Shown: positions 33,232 through 33,920 of the stretch, piece by piece
Position numbering within the stretch: the first letter of the stretch is position 1
Layout: every line of letters starts with the position of its first letter
Assembly: GCF_001194135.2 (NCBI RefSeq)
Contig: NC_068984.1
Location: forward strand, 147,736,911-147,770,830
Direction of reading: 5' to 3'
Origin: Octopus bimaculoides
Lineage: Eukaryota
DNA: 33,920 nt
Translations under genes and position numbers: made by a program
The notes under the pieces: generated by a model
Told to the model about the DNA's origin: nothing
What the model saw: only the letters and a program-made list of their open reading frames with translations
Databases searched by the model: none

Positions 33232-33589
33232 TCTTGTGACACATTTACTCTTATATTGACAAGCAGTATATTCTTGCTTATGGCATATAACCGGTCTGAA
33301 AGTTACCAACGATTTCACGTTAACTAAAGCACTTGACAATATTGACGGCTCTTCAATCATGTTAAAGCCGAAGTGCATACATTCTTTTTATGCTGAAAGT
33401 AAGTATATAGTATTGGTTCGTTCAGTTGTGAAAAAACGGAACGAAACGAAAAAGGTGAAGAAAATTTATAACATTTTCCTGGATGGAAAGATCTGCCTCC
33501 TATGATAGGCTGTTAGCTGCGACCGAGCGGTGTCTGTTGTGCCTGCCTACATGTTTTCCTCTCTCTAGTAACATAATAATAATAATAAT

Positions 33590-33920
33590 GGGGTAATTGA
33601 AGGGGACAATATCAAGCACTCAGTGATGAGGGAAAGGATCAGAAGAGAATGTTATCGCAGGGTGAGAGCAATACTGAAGACAGAGCTGAACGCGAGAAAC
33701 AGGATCGAAGCGATCAATGCTCTAGCCATACCAGTCGTGACTTACAGTTTCAATATCGTTAACTGGTCAATTACTGAAATATGTAATGTTGACAGAAAAA
33801 TACGAAAACTGTTGACAATGCATAGAATGCACCACCCTAAGGCAGATGTAGAACGTCTTTATCTGCCAAGAAAAGAGGGAGGCCGAGGACTTCTACAGCT
33901 GGCATTATCAATGAAGGTAG
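33590..33920 (+). mobile_element. 5'-truncated Dong/R4-clade LINE, RT C-terminal region, continues beyond window
   Basis: 110 stop-free codons GVIEGDNIKHSVMRERIRRECYRRVRAILKTELNARNRIEAINALAIPVVTYSFNIVNW...DRKIRKLLTMHRMHHPKADVERLYLPRKEGGRGLLQL. This is the R4/Dong post-RT signature (LNxxNxxxAINxxAxPVxxYSF...HHPKAxxxRLYxPRxxGGRGL). The 5' junction is a (TAA)5 tract at 33574-33589. Confidence 0.9.

Overview
AT-rich, microsatellite-dense eukaryotic intronic or intergenic DNA with nine assembly gaps. The SINE families and repeat landscape look like an octopus/cephalopod genome (inference from pattern recognition, not a database search). There is no complete host gene and no prokaryotic system. The window is mostly a graveyard of mobile elements. 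DNA transposons: a non-autonomous Helitron with both ends, relics of DD34D mariner, maT/DD37D-like and rosa/DD41D transposases, pogo-type MITEs, a CGGBP1/DUF659-type hAT relic, hAT-Charlie MITEs and a Chapaev3-like relic. Retroelements: LINE fragments of the Tx1/L1, RTE, Ingi/Vingi-like and Dong/R4 clades, a probable solo LTR, and about four tRNA-derived SINE families. The best leads are (i) a type I hammerhead-ribozyme candidate with an intact core inside a ~508-bp direct-repeat unit, plus two decayed hammerhead-like motifs; (ii) an isolated exon whose translation matches the GH18 chitinase/chitobiase DFxxxMxYD strand but lacks the Tyr; (iii) a stop-free Dong/R4 LINE fragment joined to a (TAA)n tract; (iv) two diverged SINEs that appear to have hit the same target site serially. 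Most ORFs in the supplied track are artefacts of N-gaps or microsatellites.
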